Positions 41,217 through 57,010 of a DNA stretch of 64,000 bases are shown here, piece after piece. The notes under the pieces were generated by a model. The model saw nothing but the letters and a program-made list of their open reading frames with translations. It had not been told where the DNA came from and searched no databases. The stretch comes from Eledone cirrhosa (Eukaryota). The stretch's first letter is position 1. Every line of letters starts with the position of its first letter. A program made the translations under genes and the position numbers. Where the stretch lies: positions 311,178,001-311,242,000 of the forward strand of contig OZ024740.1 in assembly GCA_964016885.1 (NCBI GenBank). The letters run 5' to 3'.

Positions 41217-41520
41217 ATACCAATAATAAGTATGGACGAGGTGTCAAATTTTCATTAAGTTTATTCAGGTGTAAGTGCATGTATATGATTTTTCGTTTGT
41301 GTGTTCGAACGTGTGTGTGGGCAAGTATTAGCGCTTGTAATGTATATGATTGTACTCTTTACCAACTAAAATTCAAGTTAAACGTTTTTGTACCTAAAGG
41401 AATTGAAAAAACTAATCGGATTTCAGTAACATGTTTACATTATAACAAATAAATCTAGACAAATTTGGTAAGTCATAAGTGTGAAAATATAAATTCCCCA
41501 TCATTTTCTAAGAAATTATT

Positions 41521-41598
<78 letters not shown>

Positions 41599-41814
41599 GT
41601 GTATTGTATTTGTGTATCTATACAAGTATGTATGTATATATGTATTCATGTATGTATGTATGTAAGCATGTATTATGTATGTATGTATGTATGTATATAT
41701 GTAAGTATGTATGTATATATTATATTGGTATATATGTATGTAATCATGTAAGTATGTATGTACGTACGTATGTATGTATGTATGAAAGTATATGTGCATA
41801 TGTCTATGTATATG

Positions 41815-42372
41815 TTTCATGGTTGGGTCGTTGGCGACTAAACTGGCAACCCCGCCAAGGTTTCTTGGTGAGGCGGGTGACTTTGGACATCCTGCAGGAC
41901 TAAAAACAAAACCTGTCAAAGGGCAAAGGAGCTCTTAAGACTCAATGGCTATCCAAAATCACCGGGAGAGATGACCACTTAGCCTTTGTCAAGGAAGAAT
42001 TGTAGGAGAAGGCAAACTCTGATATAACACCTGCAACCTGATGGTATTCAATGATGTTGACTTGTTCTTCTTTTTGGTAAATATCATCTTGGTTAAGAGA
42101 GTGGGACTGGCTTTGTGCAGTGCCTTTGCTCACTATTAAAGCTTCACAACACAGGCATTGTTTTATATCTGGAGATCTCTCTGCACTTGTTGTCACATGG
42201 TACCATGGGCCCAGCACTATGTGACAATAATTGTCATAGGTGTAGTGTTTGTACCAGAGTTTTCAAGTCGCTGGCTGGACTAAAACGTCACACTCGTTCA
42301 GCGCATCGGTAGGGGTTCTACATGGATATAAAGTAGTGGTCGTACTCGAAAACGAGTTGGCAGCCACCATGT
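41815..42372 (+). mobile_element. Bipartite RTE-derived non-autonomous element with (TATG)n tail
   Basis: RTE-like 5' part fused to a LINE 3' end encoding CSVCTRVFKSLAGLKRHTRSAH*; 3' stem-loop ACTCGaaaaCGAGT. Confidence 0.8.
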
Positions 42373-42822
42373 ACGTATGTATGTATATATGTATGAATGT
42401 ATATGTACATATATGCATATATACATTATTTTTTCAAAGTTACATTTGCTCTGGTACTGTGTATTTTTTCAACACAAGTACAAATATATATGTATGAGTC
42501 AGAGAAAGAAAGGAAAATTGATGCACGTTTGCATTGACAAACGGTAAAAATCTACTTATACATCAGGTAATGTATGTGTGTATGTACGTGCATACTCATA
42601 TATATATGTGTGTGTGTGTGCGCGTGTGTGTGTGTGTATGTGTGTGTGCATGTGTGTGTATGTGTGTGTGCGTGTGCGTGAACATGGGTGTATTTATCAA
42701 TATATACACGCGTACACAACATGCACATATATATGAATATATATTGCTTGATATATTGGATAATTTTATCTCCTGTTCGTGACGTAAAACTTACACCCAT
42801 CTATTTGTTATGTATATGTATG

Positions 42823-42946
<124 letters not shown>

Positions 42947-43341
42947 TGTGCGCGTGTGGGGGGGGGGGGGGGGGGGTCTGCGCGCATTTGTGTATGTGTG
43001 ATATGAATTTTATGTGAGTATTATAAGCTTTGAAAATGTCACGACAACCTCAGCGTCGAGTTGGGAGCCTTGAATGTGTATATTTAACAGTCGTTAGTGT
43101 TTGTCAGCCATCGTTTACGCCTAGACTCCGAGGTATGAAAGAAAATATCGCATTTAGATGTTGAAAACTTATTTACTTATAATACAGGCGTGACAGGTGA
43201 GTATTAATTAGCGATAGAACTAACACTTAATGATTCAGAAAAATATATTTATGATCCCGGCATCGAGGTAACTGAGGTGGATGCATGTATTTTACAATCA
43301 TTATTGCTCTTCAATCCTAGCTCACACATATCTACACTCTC

Positions 43342-43416
<75 letters not shown>

Positions 43417-43440
43417 CTCTTACACACACACATATGTATA

Positions 43441-44050
43441 CATGGTGGCTGCCAACTCGTTTTCGAGTACGGCCACTACTTTATATCCATGTAGGAGAAC
43501 CCCTACCGATGCGCTGAACGAGTGTGACTTTTTCGTTCAGCCAGCGACTTGAAAACTCTGGTACAAACACTACATTTGTGACAATTATTGACACATAGTG
43601 CTTTACCTTTGGTACCATGTGACAACAAGTGCAGAGAGATCTCCAGATATAAAGCAATGCCTGTGCCGTGAAGCTTTTATAGTGAGCAAAGGCACTGCAC
43701 AAAGCCAGTCCCACTCTCTTAACCAAGATGATATTTACCAAAAAGAAGAACAAGTCAACATCATTGGATACCATCAGGGTTGCAGGTGTTATATCAGAGT
43801 TTTCCTTCTCCTAGAATTCTGCCTTGACAAAGGCTAAGGGGTCTTCTCTCCTGGTGATTTTGGATGGCCATTGACTCTTAAGAGCTCCTTTGACCTTTGA
43901 CAGGTTTTGTTTTTAGACCTGCAGGATGTCCAAAGTCACCCTCCTCACCAAGAAACCTTGGTGGGGTTGCCAGTTTAGTCGCCAACGACCCGACCATGAG
44001 ACAGGTTGTACTGGGATACATGTTACCGGTAGCACCAACTGGTGACCTGA
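43441..44050 (-). mobile_element. Bipartite RTE-derived element, full-length ~610 bp
   Basis: Reverse complement homologous to 41815..42372; 5' flank is (TATG)n. Confidence 0.85.
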
Positions 44051-44419
44051 CATACATACATACATACATACATACATACATACATACATAGATACATACA
44101 TACATACATACATACATACATACATACGTACGTACATACATACTTACATGATTACATACATATATACCAATATAATATATACATACATACTTACATATAT
44201 ACATACATACATACATACATACATACATACATACATACATACATACATACATACATACATACATACATACATACATAAAAGATAAAGGATAAAGATACCA
44301 TAACTTCTTGTGGAGTCGTAGAGGTACCGTCGTACGGCGTGTCTAGGTCACATTTAAACCTGGTGAAGCCCAACCCTCTCCAGGTCCGAACGCAGCTGAT
44401 TTTTTTCTATAGATGAAAA

Positions 44420-44578
44420 ATCGACCCCAGTACTGGACTGGTACTTTTTTTATCGACTTCGAAAGGATGAAAGGCAAAGTTGACCCCGGTAGGATTTGAA
44501 TTCAGAGCGCGCAAAGCGGTGGGATGAATACCGTAAAGCATTCTATCTGACGGCTTAAAGACTCTGCCAATTCGCCAT
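44420..44578 (-). mobile_element. tRNA-type SINE (diverged subfamily)
   Basis: CTGGTACTTTTTTATCGACTTCGAAAGGATGAAAGGCAAAGTTGACC..GGATTTGAATTC. Confidence 0.8.
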
Positions 44579-44660
44579 ATACATACATACATACATACAT
44601 ACATACATACATACATACATACATACATACATACATACATACATACATACATACATACAT

Positions 44661-45272
44661 ACATGGTGGCTGCCAACTCGTTTTCGAGTACGGCCACTAC
44701 TTTATATCCATGTAGGAGAACCCCTACCGATGCACTGAACGAGTGTGACTTTTTAGTCCAGCCAGCGACTTGAAAACTCTGGTACAAACACTACACTTGT
44801 GACAATTACTGACACATAGTGCTGGGCCCATGGTACCATGTGACGACAAGTGCAGAGAGATCTCCAGATATAAAGCAATGCCTGTGCCGTGAAGCTTTTA
44901 TAGTGAGCAAAGGCACTGCACAAAGCCAGTCCCACTCTCTTAACCAAGATGATATTTACCAAAAAGAAGAACAAGTCAACATCATTGGATACCATCAGGG
45001 TTGCAGGTGTTATATCAGAGTTTTCCTTCTCCTAGAATTCTGCCTTGACAAAGGCTAAGGGGTCATCTCTCCCGGTGATTTTGGATGGCCATTGACTCTT
45101 AAGAGCTCCTTTGCCCTTTGACAGGTTTTGTTTTTAGTCCTGCAGGATGTCCAAAGTCACCCTCCTCACCAAGAAACCTTGGTGGGGTTGCCAGTTTAGT
45201 CGCCAACGACCCGACCATGGGACAGGTTGTACTGGGATACATGTTACCAGTAGCACCAACTGGTGACCTGAC
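44661..45272 (-). mobile_element. Bipartite RTE-derived element, full-length, in (CATA)n
   Basis: Near-identical to 43441..44050. Confidence 0.85.
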
Positions 45273-45308
45273 ATAACATACATACATACATACATACATA
45301 CATACATA

Positions 45309-45791
45309 CATGGTGGCTGCCAACTCGTTTTCGAGTACGGCCACTACTTTATATCCATGTAGGAGAACCCCTACCGATGCGCTGAACGAGTGTGACTTTT
45401 TAGTCCAGCCAGCGACTTGAAAACTCTGGTACAAACACTACACTTGTGACAATTATTGACACATAGTGCTGGGCCCATGGTACCATGTGACGACAAGTGT
45501 AGATAAATCTCCAGATATAAAGCAATGCCTGTGCCGTGAAGCTTTTATAGTGAGCAAAGGCACTGCACAAAGCCAGTCCCACTCTCTTAACCAAGATGAT
45601 ATTTACTGGATACCATCAGAGTTTCAGGTGTTATATCAGAGCTTTCCTTCTCCTAGAATTCTGCCTTGACAAAGGCTAAGGGGTCATCTCTCCCGGTGAT
45701 TTTGGATGGCCATTGACTCTTAAGAGCTCCTTTGCCCTTTGACAGGTTTTGTTTTTTGTCCTGCAGGATGCCCAAAGTCACCCTCCTCACC
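45309..45791 (-). mobile_element. Bipartite RTE-derived element, 5'-truncated, in (CATA)n
   Basis: Tandem with the previous copy; short internal deletion near 45605. Confidence 0.85.
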
Positions 45792-45879
45792 ATACATACA
45801 TACATACATACATACATACATACATACATACATACATACATACATACATACATACATACATACATACATACATACATAC

Positions 45880-46052
45880 AAGTCGTACACGAACATCCAT
45901 GACTCATCACCGGTGATAACTCTCCCCAGCAAGTCTGGTTTGGTTTCAAGACATTCGAGGATGTGCTGACACACCTGTATGCGCTGTTCATTCTGGTCGT
46001 CATTCAGCAGTTTCGGCATGCCCAAATCTTTTGTGATAATCTTTTGTGACAT
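45880..46052 (-). mobile_element. Mariner-family transposase fragment
   Basis: IITKDLGM..LLNDDQNEQRIQVCQ..LLGRVITGDESWMFVYD includes the first Asp of the DDD triad. Confidence 0.85.
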
Positions 46053-46055
46053 GTT

Positions 46056-46532
46056 TATTTCCCAAGAAAACTCTCAACCCAATGATGTAGCAATGACGAG
46101 GCTAGAAAATGCCTAGACTTCGTGGGTCTGAGAAAAGTAACAGATTGATAACTGGCACGAATAAGACCACCAAAACTGCAATATTGTGGGAAGTAACAAA
46201 AAGAATCATACTGCATCGTCCTTTGCGTGGTTTTAAAAGGGAGGCGTTCAAGCCTTAGGAAGAGGGGCCTGTTCCAAAAATATATTCCAATCTCCATTTG
46301 ATGCTCTAAAAACTGGCGATAGGCCTGCAACATGTCCTGGGGAGGCATGAGACGGACACAGAAAGCTTGGGTATTTCGAAACCCCCAAAGAAGGTTTGGG
46401 TGGGAGCAAAGTGTAAGAATTAGAACTTGGAATATCACACCCTCACAGGTAAGGAGCAGGAAAGTGGAGGAGGACAGTTGCTACCGGATAGATATAGTCG
46501 CGTTTCCTCAACAAAGTTCCGTGGCTCTGGTA
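46056..46532 (+). mobile_element. RTE-type LINE 5' fragment with the start of the APE domain
   Basis: VRIRTWNIT..YRIDIVAF..KFRGSG across frameshifts; 5' boundary uncertain. Confidence 0.7.
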
Positions 46533-46647
46533 GATGTATGTATGTGTGCATGTGTGCATGTGTGTATGTATGAATGTAAAGTATGTATGTGTGTGTGTGT
46601 GTATGTGTGCATGTGTGTATGTATGTATGTATGTATGTATGTATGTA

Positions 46648-46701
<54 letters not shown>

Positions 46702-47169
46702 CATGTATGTAAGTATGTATGTATGTATGTGTGCGTGTGTGTATGTGTGCATGTATGTATGTATAATACATTTTTATTCGAATTTTTCCGGCTGAAAAAG
46801 TTTTTAGCTTTGCGTTATATACATCCACCTTTTAGAAACATGAGTACACCCTGAGCTTACACTATATCTATATTTTGATATATTTGCTTCAAGTTACTTT
46901 TAATCCAACCACTTCATGTAACATATTACCTTATGCATGCAGACATACGCGCGTGCCTACATTTACATGCACCTACAGGCTCAGACACACACACACACAC
47001 ATATATATATGTATAGCTAGATATATAGAAATATAAACATAAATATACTTTTACAAATGCATACATACGTATGTTTGAAATTGAAGTGGATAAAAAATGT
47101 GATTTGATATGGAAGAAATATTATTTGGACACTGAAGAGCACGTACAACATTGCATCAAATATATATAA

Positions 47170-47207
<38 letters not shown>

Positions 47208-47385
47208 ATAAATATATATACATGTGTTTGTGTGTGGACTTTTAGGTTTTGTATCTCTTACACCTTATTTTTATTGTTTACAAGGAACTATAAATTCATG
47301 TTTGTATTCATAAAAATTGAAGAAAGGATAGTACCTAAAAAGAAAAAGCAAAGATCTAAAAATGCAATAAATATATATAAATAGA

Positions 47386-47457
<72 letters not shown>

Positions 47458-48589
47458 ATATATACAAGTGAGAAAGTCGTGAAGGGAATCTCAGGAGAGA
47501 GAGAGAAATATAATAATGCATAAGTATTTTATTTCCTTGAATAGTTTGTTCTTTCCTGATTGAAAAAATGCTTACTTCTATTTTTAGCTGCATGGTTAGA
47601 AAAGAAAATATATTTGAAGGTATTAGTCGATTTCAATTTTTCTTTCGTTGTTTATTATCTTATATTTGATAGTGTTTTCTTAAGCTATAACTTTTACATC
47701 TTTAAGTGTGCGTACTATATTATTAAAAGAAAGATTTATATACTTTTGTTGTTATTTAAGTTTTGTATCAGTTATGTTGTGTTGAAGTGAAAAGAAATAT
47801 TTTTCCCATTGCAGCCATTGTGGAACTAAAACATATATAGTTTCAATTTTTAATGGTTGAGGGGTTTGAGAAAATGACACAGACGTTCCAAAGTTTAACG
47901 TGTGGGACTACGAATCGTAATATATATCTATAAATGGTATCTCATCACTAGAGCTAGGCTTTGTTTCTGGTAAACTACTTAACTTTCCAATCTCACACTA
48001 TCAATCTACCTTTAAAAATCCGCCATATAATGCCACTGTTCACTGTTAAAGATTGTAACCAGGATGTTGACTGTTCTAGTATAATCCACTGTCGTGTATG
48101 TACTTTAGTCACGCGTATATCTTGGATCTATATTTTCATCGAGTAAATAGGAACACTCATCATTTGATGGATGTCTTTATTTATCAAAAACAAATAAAAT
48201 CAAGACAAATGGTTTTAGTTTATGACACAGTGATTGATCGAATGGGAACGTGAGTGATTAATTGATCTCACATGCCACTAGAAGATGTCTCGTACAAACT
48301 TAATATAATCACTTCACTATCAAGTGCTTACGAGTAAAATTGAGTTATCTAGAATAATACTATAAATCAGTGAGTGATTGTTTCTTCTTTTTTTTCTGAG
48401 AAAATCAATTTTAATGACAATATTAATTTCGTGTTATGAACAAGAAAACGTAACAAGTAAAATAATCTTTATTGAATAGCCCGATCAACTTGTTTGCACG
48501 CACACACACACACACACATGGGCGTGTATGAGGATACGTATATGCATATATGTGTGTGCGTATTTGTGTGAGAATGTGTGTGCATGCGC

Positions 48590-49341
<752 letters not shown>

Positions 49342-49753
49342 TGTATATGTATTCATATAGCCATATATACATACATACATACATACATACACACACATAT
49401 ATATATATACAGTATATATGCAAAATTAGGTTAAATTCACATTTTTAACAGTCGAATAAGCGCGTTTCACCGAGGATTTATTATTTCCCCAGTTCATTAG
49501 TCCCATATCTTTGAAATGGATGTTGTGAGGATTAGAGTTCTACTAGAGAGTTTTTTGGGGGGAAACAACTTTAGGGGTTCGGTTGTCAGTTAGATAAGGG
49601 ATGGGGATAACTCAAACTTAGACTTCTACAAAATAGAAAGACATTATTCGTGTTCAGAGTTGGAGAATCTATTATAACAGAGAGAGAAAGAAAGAGAGCG
49701 CGACAGAGAGAGAGAGAGAGAGTGACAGAGAGAAAGAAAGAGAGGGGAGAAAG

Positions 49754-49795
<42 letters not shown>

Positions 49796-49799
<4 letters not shown>

Positions 49800-49850
49800 T
49801 ATGTATGTATACGTACATACATATATGTATACAGACGTACAGTAGCATGC

Positions 49851-49881
<31 letters not shown>

Positions 49882-50380
49882 TACATACAGGTACACATAC
49901 ATATATGTACGCATCAGTTTAGCGGACGCTTATTATAGCGCCCGCTTTGTTCATTTGTAAACAAACTGAACAGCCTGAATTTATGCCGCACGGTGTTAAG
50001 GCAACCACGTCACCTTTTTGTTCAACACTGACACAGGAACGATGTACTAGTTTCAAGCTTGTTAGCTATCATCAGCACCGTATACCCATCTGCCAGATAG
50101 TTGAACGTTCGAAAGTATATACTTTCCTTATGAAAATTAACGGCTGTGCAGCCTAATTTGCATATCGAGTGAGTTAAATCGGTCAGGCGCACCGAAAACG
50201 ATGAGTTGTAATAAAATGAAAACGAAATTTCATTTCTCACTCTTAGTACGGCACTTACTTAAATGTAAGTATGTATGTATACGTACATACATATATGTAT
50301 ACAGACGTACAGTAGAATGCATATATATATATATATACATATATACATACAGGTACACATACATATATGTACGCATCAGT
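49796..50380 (-). mobile_element. ~440-bp HHR repeat (candidate retrozyme), locus C
   Basis: About 1.3 units, starts in (TA)n; no inverted stub seen. Confidence 0.85.
50039..50081 (-). ncRNA. Minimal type I hammerhead ribozyme
   Basis: ACGGTG-CTGATGA-t-AGCT-aaca-AGCT-t-GAAACTAGT-A-CATCGT. Confidence 0.8.
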
Positions 50381-50390
50381 TATATATATA

Positions 50391-50867
50391 TGTGTTTGTG
50401 TGTGTGTGTATGTGTGTGTGTGTGTGTGTGTATGTGTGTGTGTGTGCGTGTTGTGAGTGTGTGTGTATGTGTGTGTGAGTATGTGTGTGTGAGTGTTGTG
50501 TGTGTGTGTGTGAGTGTTGTGAGTGTTTTGAGTGAGTGTGTGTGCGTGTGTACGTGTTGTGTGTGTATGTGTGTGTGAGAGTGTTGCGAGTGTGTGTGTG
50601 TGAGTGTGTGTACGTGTGAGTGAGTGTGTGAGTGAGTGTGCGAGTGTGCGTGTGTATGTGTGTGTATGTATGGGTGTGTGTTTGTGCGTGTTGTGTGTGT
50701 GTGTGTGTGCGTGTGTGTGTGTGCGTGTTGTGCGTGTATATGTGTGTGTGTGCGTGTTGTGAGTGTGCGTGTGAGTATGTGTGTGTGAGTGTTGTGTGTA
50801 TGTGTGTGTGTGTGTTGTGAGTGTGTGTGTGTGAGTGTTGTGAGTGTGTGAGTGTGTGTGTGTGTGC

Positions 50868-50898
<31 letters not shown>

Positions 50899-51562
50899 CG
50901 TGTTGTGAGTGTGTGTGTATGTGTGTGTGAGTGTTGTGTGTGTGTGTGTGAGTGTTGTGAGTGTGTGAGTGAGTGTGCGTGTGTATGTGTGTATGTATGG
51001 GTGTGTGTTTGTGAGTGTTGTGAGTGTGTGTGTGAGTGTGTGTGTGTGTGAGTGTTGTGAGTGTGTGTGTGAGTGTGTGTGTGTGTGAGTGAGTGTGTGA
51101 GTGAGTGTGCGAGTGTGCGTGTGTATGTATGGGTGTGTGTTTGTGAGTGTTGTGAGTGTGTGTGTGTGTGTGTGAGTGTTGTGAGTGTGTGTGAGTGTTG
51201 TGAGTGTGTGAATGAGTGTGTGTGCGTGTGTGTGTATGTGTGTGTGTTATGAGTGTGTGTGTGTGTGTGTGAGTGAGTGTGTGAGTGAGTGTGCGAGTGT
51301 GCGTGTATATGTGTGTGTATGTATGGGTGTGTGTGTGTGCGTGTTGTGAGTGTGCGTGTGTGTGTGTGTGTGTGTGAGTGTTGTGAGTGTATGTGTGAGT
51401 GTGTGTGTGTGAGTGTTGTGATTGTGTGTGTGAGTGTATGTGTGTGTGTGTGTGAGTGAGTGTGTGAATGAGTGTGTGAGTGTGTGTGTGGGTGTTGTGA
51501 GTGTCTGTGTGCGTGTGTGTGAGTGAGTGTGTGAGTGTGTGTGTGTGTGTGAGTGTGTGTGT
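50391..51562. repeat. ~1.2-kb compound (GT)n/(GTGA)n/(GTT) microsatellite
   Basis: Directly visible. Confidence 0.92.
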
Positions 51563-53561
51563 TTTGTGGTCTTACTTTTCATTTGAAAATACCCTTTTAT
51601 TCCGGAATTCAGAACAATCTTATATCAGAATATTTATACCATTAAAGGTACCTTCTAATTCCATCACACACTGTACAAAAAGTCGATTCTCATATTTTAA
51701 CTAACTCGCTTACAGATGTTACTTCTCTTACAGCATGCATTTTAATGTGTGCTAGCATAATCTTAAATGATAAGCAATGAAAAGTATGTTAATGAGTCTG
51801 CGTTGTAGGGCTTAATTAGGGTGGTAGAGGATTGCTATTTTCCAGATTGCAATGTTTCTTCTTAACAGAAGCAAAAGTAAAGAAAGAGACTAGTTATAGA
51901 ATTACCTCTCAAGCGATAAGAGATAAATTATGTTCGGACGTTTCTAAACGCTGATAGCACGATATTTATTCATGAACATATGGTAAATAAGGCAAATGTA
52001 AGCAGTATGTTTGATTCCCGAACTGAATATTCTAGAGAATCAGTTATAGACCCTACAGTATCTTAAATGTTTAACTGGAAATATTGGATGCAGCTTTACA
52101 TTTCACAGCTGGAGTCTTATTATTACTTGGATTAATTATTCTTATATTACTACTTGTGTTATATATTTAAACCTAAATTATCTAAACAATTGACCTGATA
52201 AATCATTCTTTAATATTACAGCCCCACTAACGAACATTCCAAACAAATATATATAAAACAAAAGCTATACATTTTGTATATATCGTATCATACACATATT
52301 ATCAACTACCGTACAATATACATTACTGAAATAAAGTGTAGGGGTTTTCTAATCGCTGTCTATTTTCAGTCAGCTATTAGAACAGGAAATATTGAAAATT
52401 AATACTTTCTTCTTGCCACTAACATGCCTTTTAAAATATTAACCAAAACAAAAACTAAAATAAAAAGACGAATGAGATCTTCATGGAAACCTACATATTT
52501 CTTTAGCATATACTAGCAAAAATATAATCTGCAAACAGTTTTCAGATTTGCAATGCTTGTTGGCAAATTTTCCATTCCCTTATCACACAGATGCCAGACT
52601 GACATTTGGCGATAATTCTTAACTCATTTAAATTGATAAATGGGATCGTACACAAATGGAAATATCTTCTATTAAATAGTTAAGTAGCTACTGTAATAGC
52701 AACATTTTGAATGCACATCAATGAAAGAATCCTTCCCATAGCTATTAAACTGGTTACATTGTTTGAAGATATATAACGTAACCATTATAATATTTGTTCT
52801 CATATATATTTAGGCTGATCGTGTAAAATTGGAGTTGTCTGTAATTTTCTCAGGCATCACAATAAAAACAAATTAATACGGTAAATATTCAGCTTTGTTT
52901 CTTGGCAATCAGACGTTTGGGGAAAAGATGATCGCAGTTCTGGAGTGCATGGGCAATCTAGATTACTAAACGACACGTGTAAGAAGTTAGACGCAAACTG
53001 AGAAACGAGTAAACAAGTGATTCTGGTAGATGCTATATACTGTCAGCATTGGAAAGTCCCCAAAAGAAAAAAAAATGCCATTTTCTTTTTAAAATAAAAT
53101 CGGGAATTTTATTAATAATGTAGTGCTAAATCTGTTACATTGTAAAACATGTTCCCACTAAAAATATACATGTATGTGTATATGCGTGTGTGTGCACGCA
53201 CTCGCATATATATGTGTGTTATTTTTGTTGTTGATTTGTTCTGGAGGAATTGGCTGTAGCCATGGTTTTTGTAGCTACTATGAAATCGGTGAGATTGATG
53301 CCATTAACTTTCCACTTGAATTGTTGCATGTCGCCGGCTGCAGGTAAACATGTATCGAATTTCAGAGGGCCTATGTTCTATGGTGTAGTTTGGGAAGAAA
53401 CTGGTCGCATTAGCTTTTCGGGACAAGAAAGTCAAAATTATATAAGAGAGAAGAGGCAGAAAGAAGGGTTCTTGAATGGATGTGGCACAGGACCAGTTCG
53501 CTCCAAGAAGCAAAGGCCACACTACTATGGAAAAGCAGACAGAGAAGACTATGTGTGTATT

Positions 53562-53728
<167 letters not shown>

Positions 53729-54357
53729 ATGCGTGTGTGTATTTATATTATATATATGTGTGTGTTTGTGTGTCGAGGGGTGGATGTGCGTGTATAGATA
53801 GATAAATAAATAGATACGTAAATATACATGTATATATGTTAAAATAACAAGAGATGTTATGCGAAATCATCTACTCTGATACAAAACACCTTAAAAATCA
53901 GTGGCTGTCCTATGGATAAATGATTTAAACTTTTGCAATATGCATACTCTTCGTAAAATACGCTTTTGTACCTGCTTTTTGTTTAGTATAAGTGCAACTT
54001 GGTAAACAAATAATTATATATAGGCAAATATATTTTACAACAATCAAAAAGAATCTAAAGATACCTTCAAACATTAAATAATCTTATATATTTTCGAATG
54101 ACTCATTTCTTATATGTTTTCTTTACTTTCAACCTTGCATAAGCCTTAGTGCAGGCCACGTTTTCAGTTCCGTACATTCATCATACTTACTAGAATTTGA
54201 ATAGAAGAAAACAAGCGAAGCAATATTGTATTCATTCATGTTCCAGTACCGTCAGACCCTGAAGCACTACTTTGTCATTCGATCTTTAATGCTACAATAG
54301 TCTTAACGTTTCTATTACACATGCATATATATATATATTTGTATGTATGTATACATG

Positions 54358-54407
<50 letters not shown>

Positions 54408-54771
54408 CACACATATATATGGTATGTGTGTATGTATGTGTGTGCGCGCGTGCATACGTGTTTGTGTGTGTGCATGTGTGTGTGTGCGTGTATATGTATA
54501 TACCTATACATGCATGCGTAAATGTATTACAAAGATATCTTTCTTTTCATAATGATACAAATGAAACATAAAGGACTAAGGAAACATGAAAAATCTGAAA
54601 TAAGAAAGTTTAAACTTCAACATAACAACATCTTCAATATATCATATTTCACAGGGAAGCTGTTTCCCGTACAAGAGCTGTTCTTTTGTCATATATATAT
54701 ACGTATGGTATTCAAGCCCACACATGGTCTGGGATGTATTTTGACTACGCAATATTTGCTGATGTATATGT

Positions 54772-55016
<245 letters not shown>

Positions 55017-55127
55017 ATGAATATTTATATTTATATTTATATATATATATATATGTATATGTATATACATATATATATATATGTATATATATGTATATAT
55101 ATATATATATATATAAATATAAATATT

Positions 55128-55199
<72 letters not shown>

Positions 55200-55201
<2 letters not shown>

Positions 55202-56272
55202 CTAGCAGAGGTACCCGGCGTGCTCGGTATTAAATAGCAGTTGTGTATACCATTTATGTCAATACTTCAGTGCTACTTCGAAAACTATACTTTTACAAAA
55301 TCATCGGCTTTTTCCAAAAGAGGGTTCCTGTCCCCAAGGGTCCCCTACTCAATATGTGCCAATTCTGCGAGTTCTCATTCATCTGTAGGACAAACGTAGC
55401 CCATGTGTCAAGTTTTATGAAAATCGGTTGCGAACTCCAGAAGTTATGACGTTTTGTTGCATTGCACTGCAGTTCTTCAGTCGACTCCAAGGAAGTGGTT
55501 AAAGGGGGTTATCTGCCGGGAGGCCCTATAATCAATATCTGTAAAAATGAAAGTACCCATGACCATCCAGAGTACATAAGTAACCTATGTCTTAAGTTGG
55601 GTGAAAATACTGTAGAAATGCATAAGGTTTATACACGCGCGCTCGTGTGTGTGTGTGGGGGAGGGAGGGGGGGGGTATGTATTTGTGTGTGCGTATGTAT
55701 GTGTATGTCCGTCGGGGCATACGTATGTACTGGCCTAAATCTTCACTATTTACTTTTACTATTTTAATAACCTCTGTCATTTTTGTTTTCAATTTTATAT
55801 ACATCATTCTTAAACTCCGGGGCTGGAAATCATTCTTTTATTTTAAATAGAATATTAGTCTAACGACTCCATTTATACCATAAACTTGGTCTTGTCTTTG
55901 CATGAAATTGTTCTTCGCGCTCCACATAACGACGTATAATCCTCGCTTTTTTTCGTTCATTACCAGGGAACGTCTTCACGAACCAAAATATCGTCTCCCT
56001 GTTTTCGTTCGGTTGGAACGTTTCTCGAAATATTTACTACTGCGTTCACAGATTACTCTCAGTTCAATTTGAATGGGAAATTCCTGTTTCGTCGATTTTC
56101 TCCGTAACCATAGAAGCTTGTACTCTAAAAGTCGACTCAACGCCTCCTCGGGTCATTCTGCATAACTGTGTAAATTTTCGCTGCATACCACCAAGCCGTT
56201 TCGACGTTTACCGACTACACCTACTTACTTAAATATACAACGTCCGACCACTTCCAATTTATATAGTAGATA
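55200..56272. mobile_element. Helentron-associated (HINE/DINE-1-like) non-autonomous element
   Basis: Starts TACTAGCAGAGGTACCCGGCGTGCTCGG and ends TTTATATAGTAGAT; internal AAGTTTTATGAAAATCGGTT and AAATTTTCG..AGCCGTTT core motifs; recognised from memory of such termini. Confidence 0.6.
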
Positions 56273-56668
56273 TATAAATGGAATAGAATGAAACGAAATT
56301 TCATTTCTCTCTCTTAATACAGCTAATAAGCTTGAAACTAGTACATCGTTCCAGTGTCAGTATTGAACAAAAAGGTGACCTGGTTGCCTAAACACTATTC
56401 AGCGTAATTCGGGCTGTTTGTTTGTTTATAAACAAACCGAGCATTATAATAAATGTTCGCTAAACCGATATGTGCATATATATATATATATGTGTGCATG
56501 TATGTATATATATACATACTACTGTACGTCTGTATACATATATGTATGGACGTATACATACATACTTACATTTAAGTAACTGCCGTACTAAGAGTGAGAA
56601 ATGAAATTTCGTTTCATTCTATTCCATTTATCGTTTTCGGTGCGCCCAGCCGACTAAACTCACTCGAT

Positions 56669-56676
56669 ATGCAAAT
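56669..56676 (+). promoter_or_regulatory. Octamer motif ATGCAAAT in the HHR repeat
   Basis: Also conserved at 13661, 48973 and 50156 (minus strand); function inferred only. Confidence 0.45.
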
Positions 56677-56750
56677 TAGGCTGCTCAGCCGTTAATATAC
56701 ATAAGGAAAGTATATACTTTCAGACTTTCAACCATCTGGCAGGAAGGTAT

Positions 56751-56793
56751 ACGATGCTGACGATAGCTAATAAGCTTGAAACTAGTACATCGT
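56751..56793 (+). ncRNA. Minimal type I hammerhead ribozyme
   Basis: ACGATG-CTGACGA-t-AGCT-aata-AGCT-t-GAAACTAGT-A-CATCGT; perfect 6-bp stem I, GUA site. Confidence 0.85.
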
Positions 56794-57010
56794 TCCTGTG
56801 TCAGTGTTGAACAAAAATGTGACGTGGTTCCCTAAACACTGTACGGCGTAATTCGGGCTGTTTGTTTGTTTACAAACAAACCGAGCATTATAATAAATGT
56901 TCCGTAAACCGATACGTGCATATATATTTGTGTCCATGTATGTATATATATACATACTACTGTACGTCTGTATACATATATGTATGTACGTATACATACA
57001 TACTTACATT

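Noticed and set aside
42115-42312. C2H2 zinc-finger ORF as a host gene exon
   Set aside because: It is the LINE-derived 3' end of a repeated non-autonomous element and is frameshifted in the other copies.
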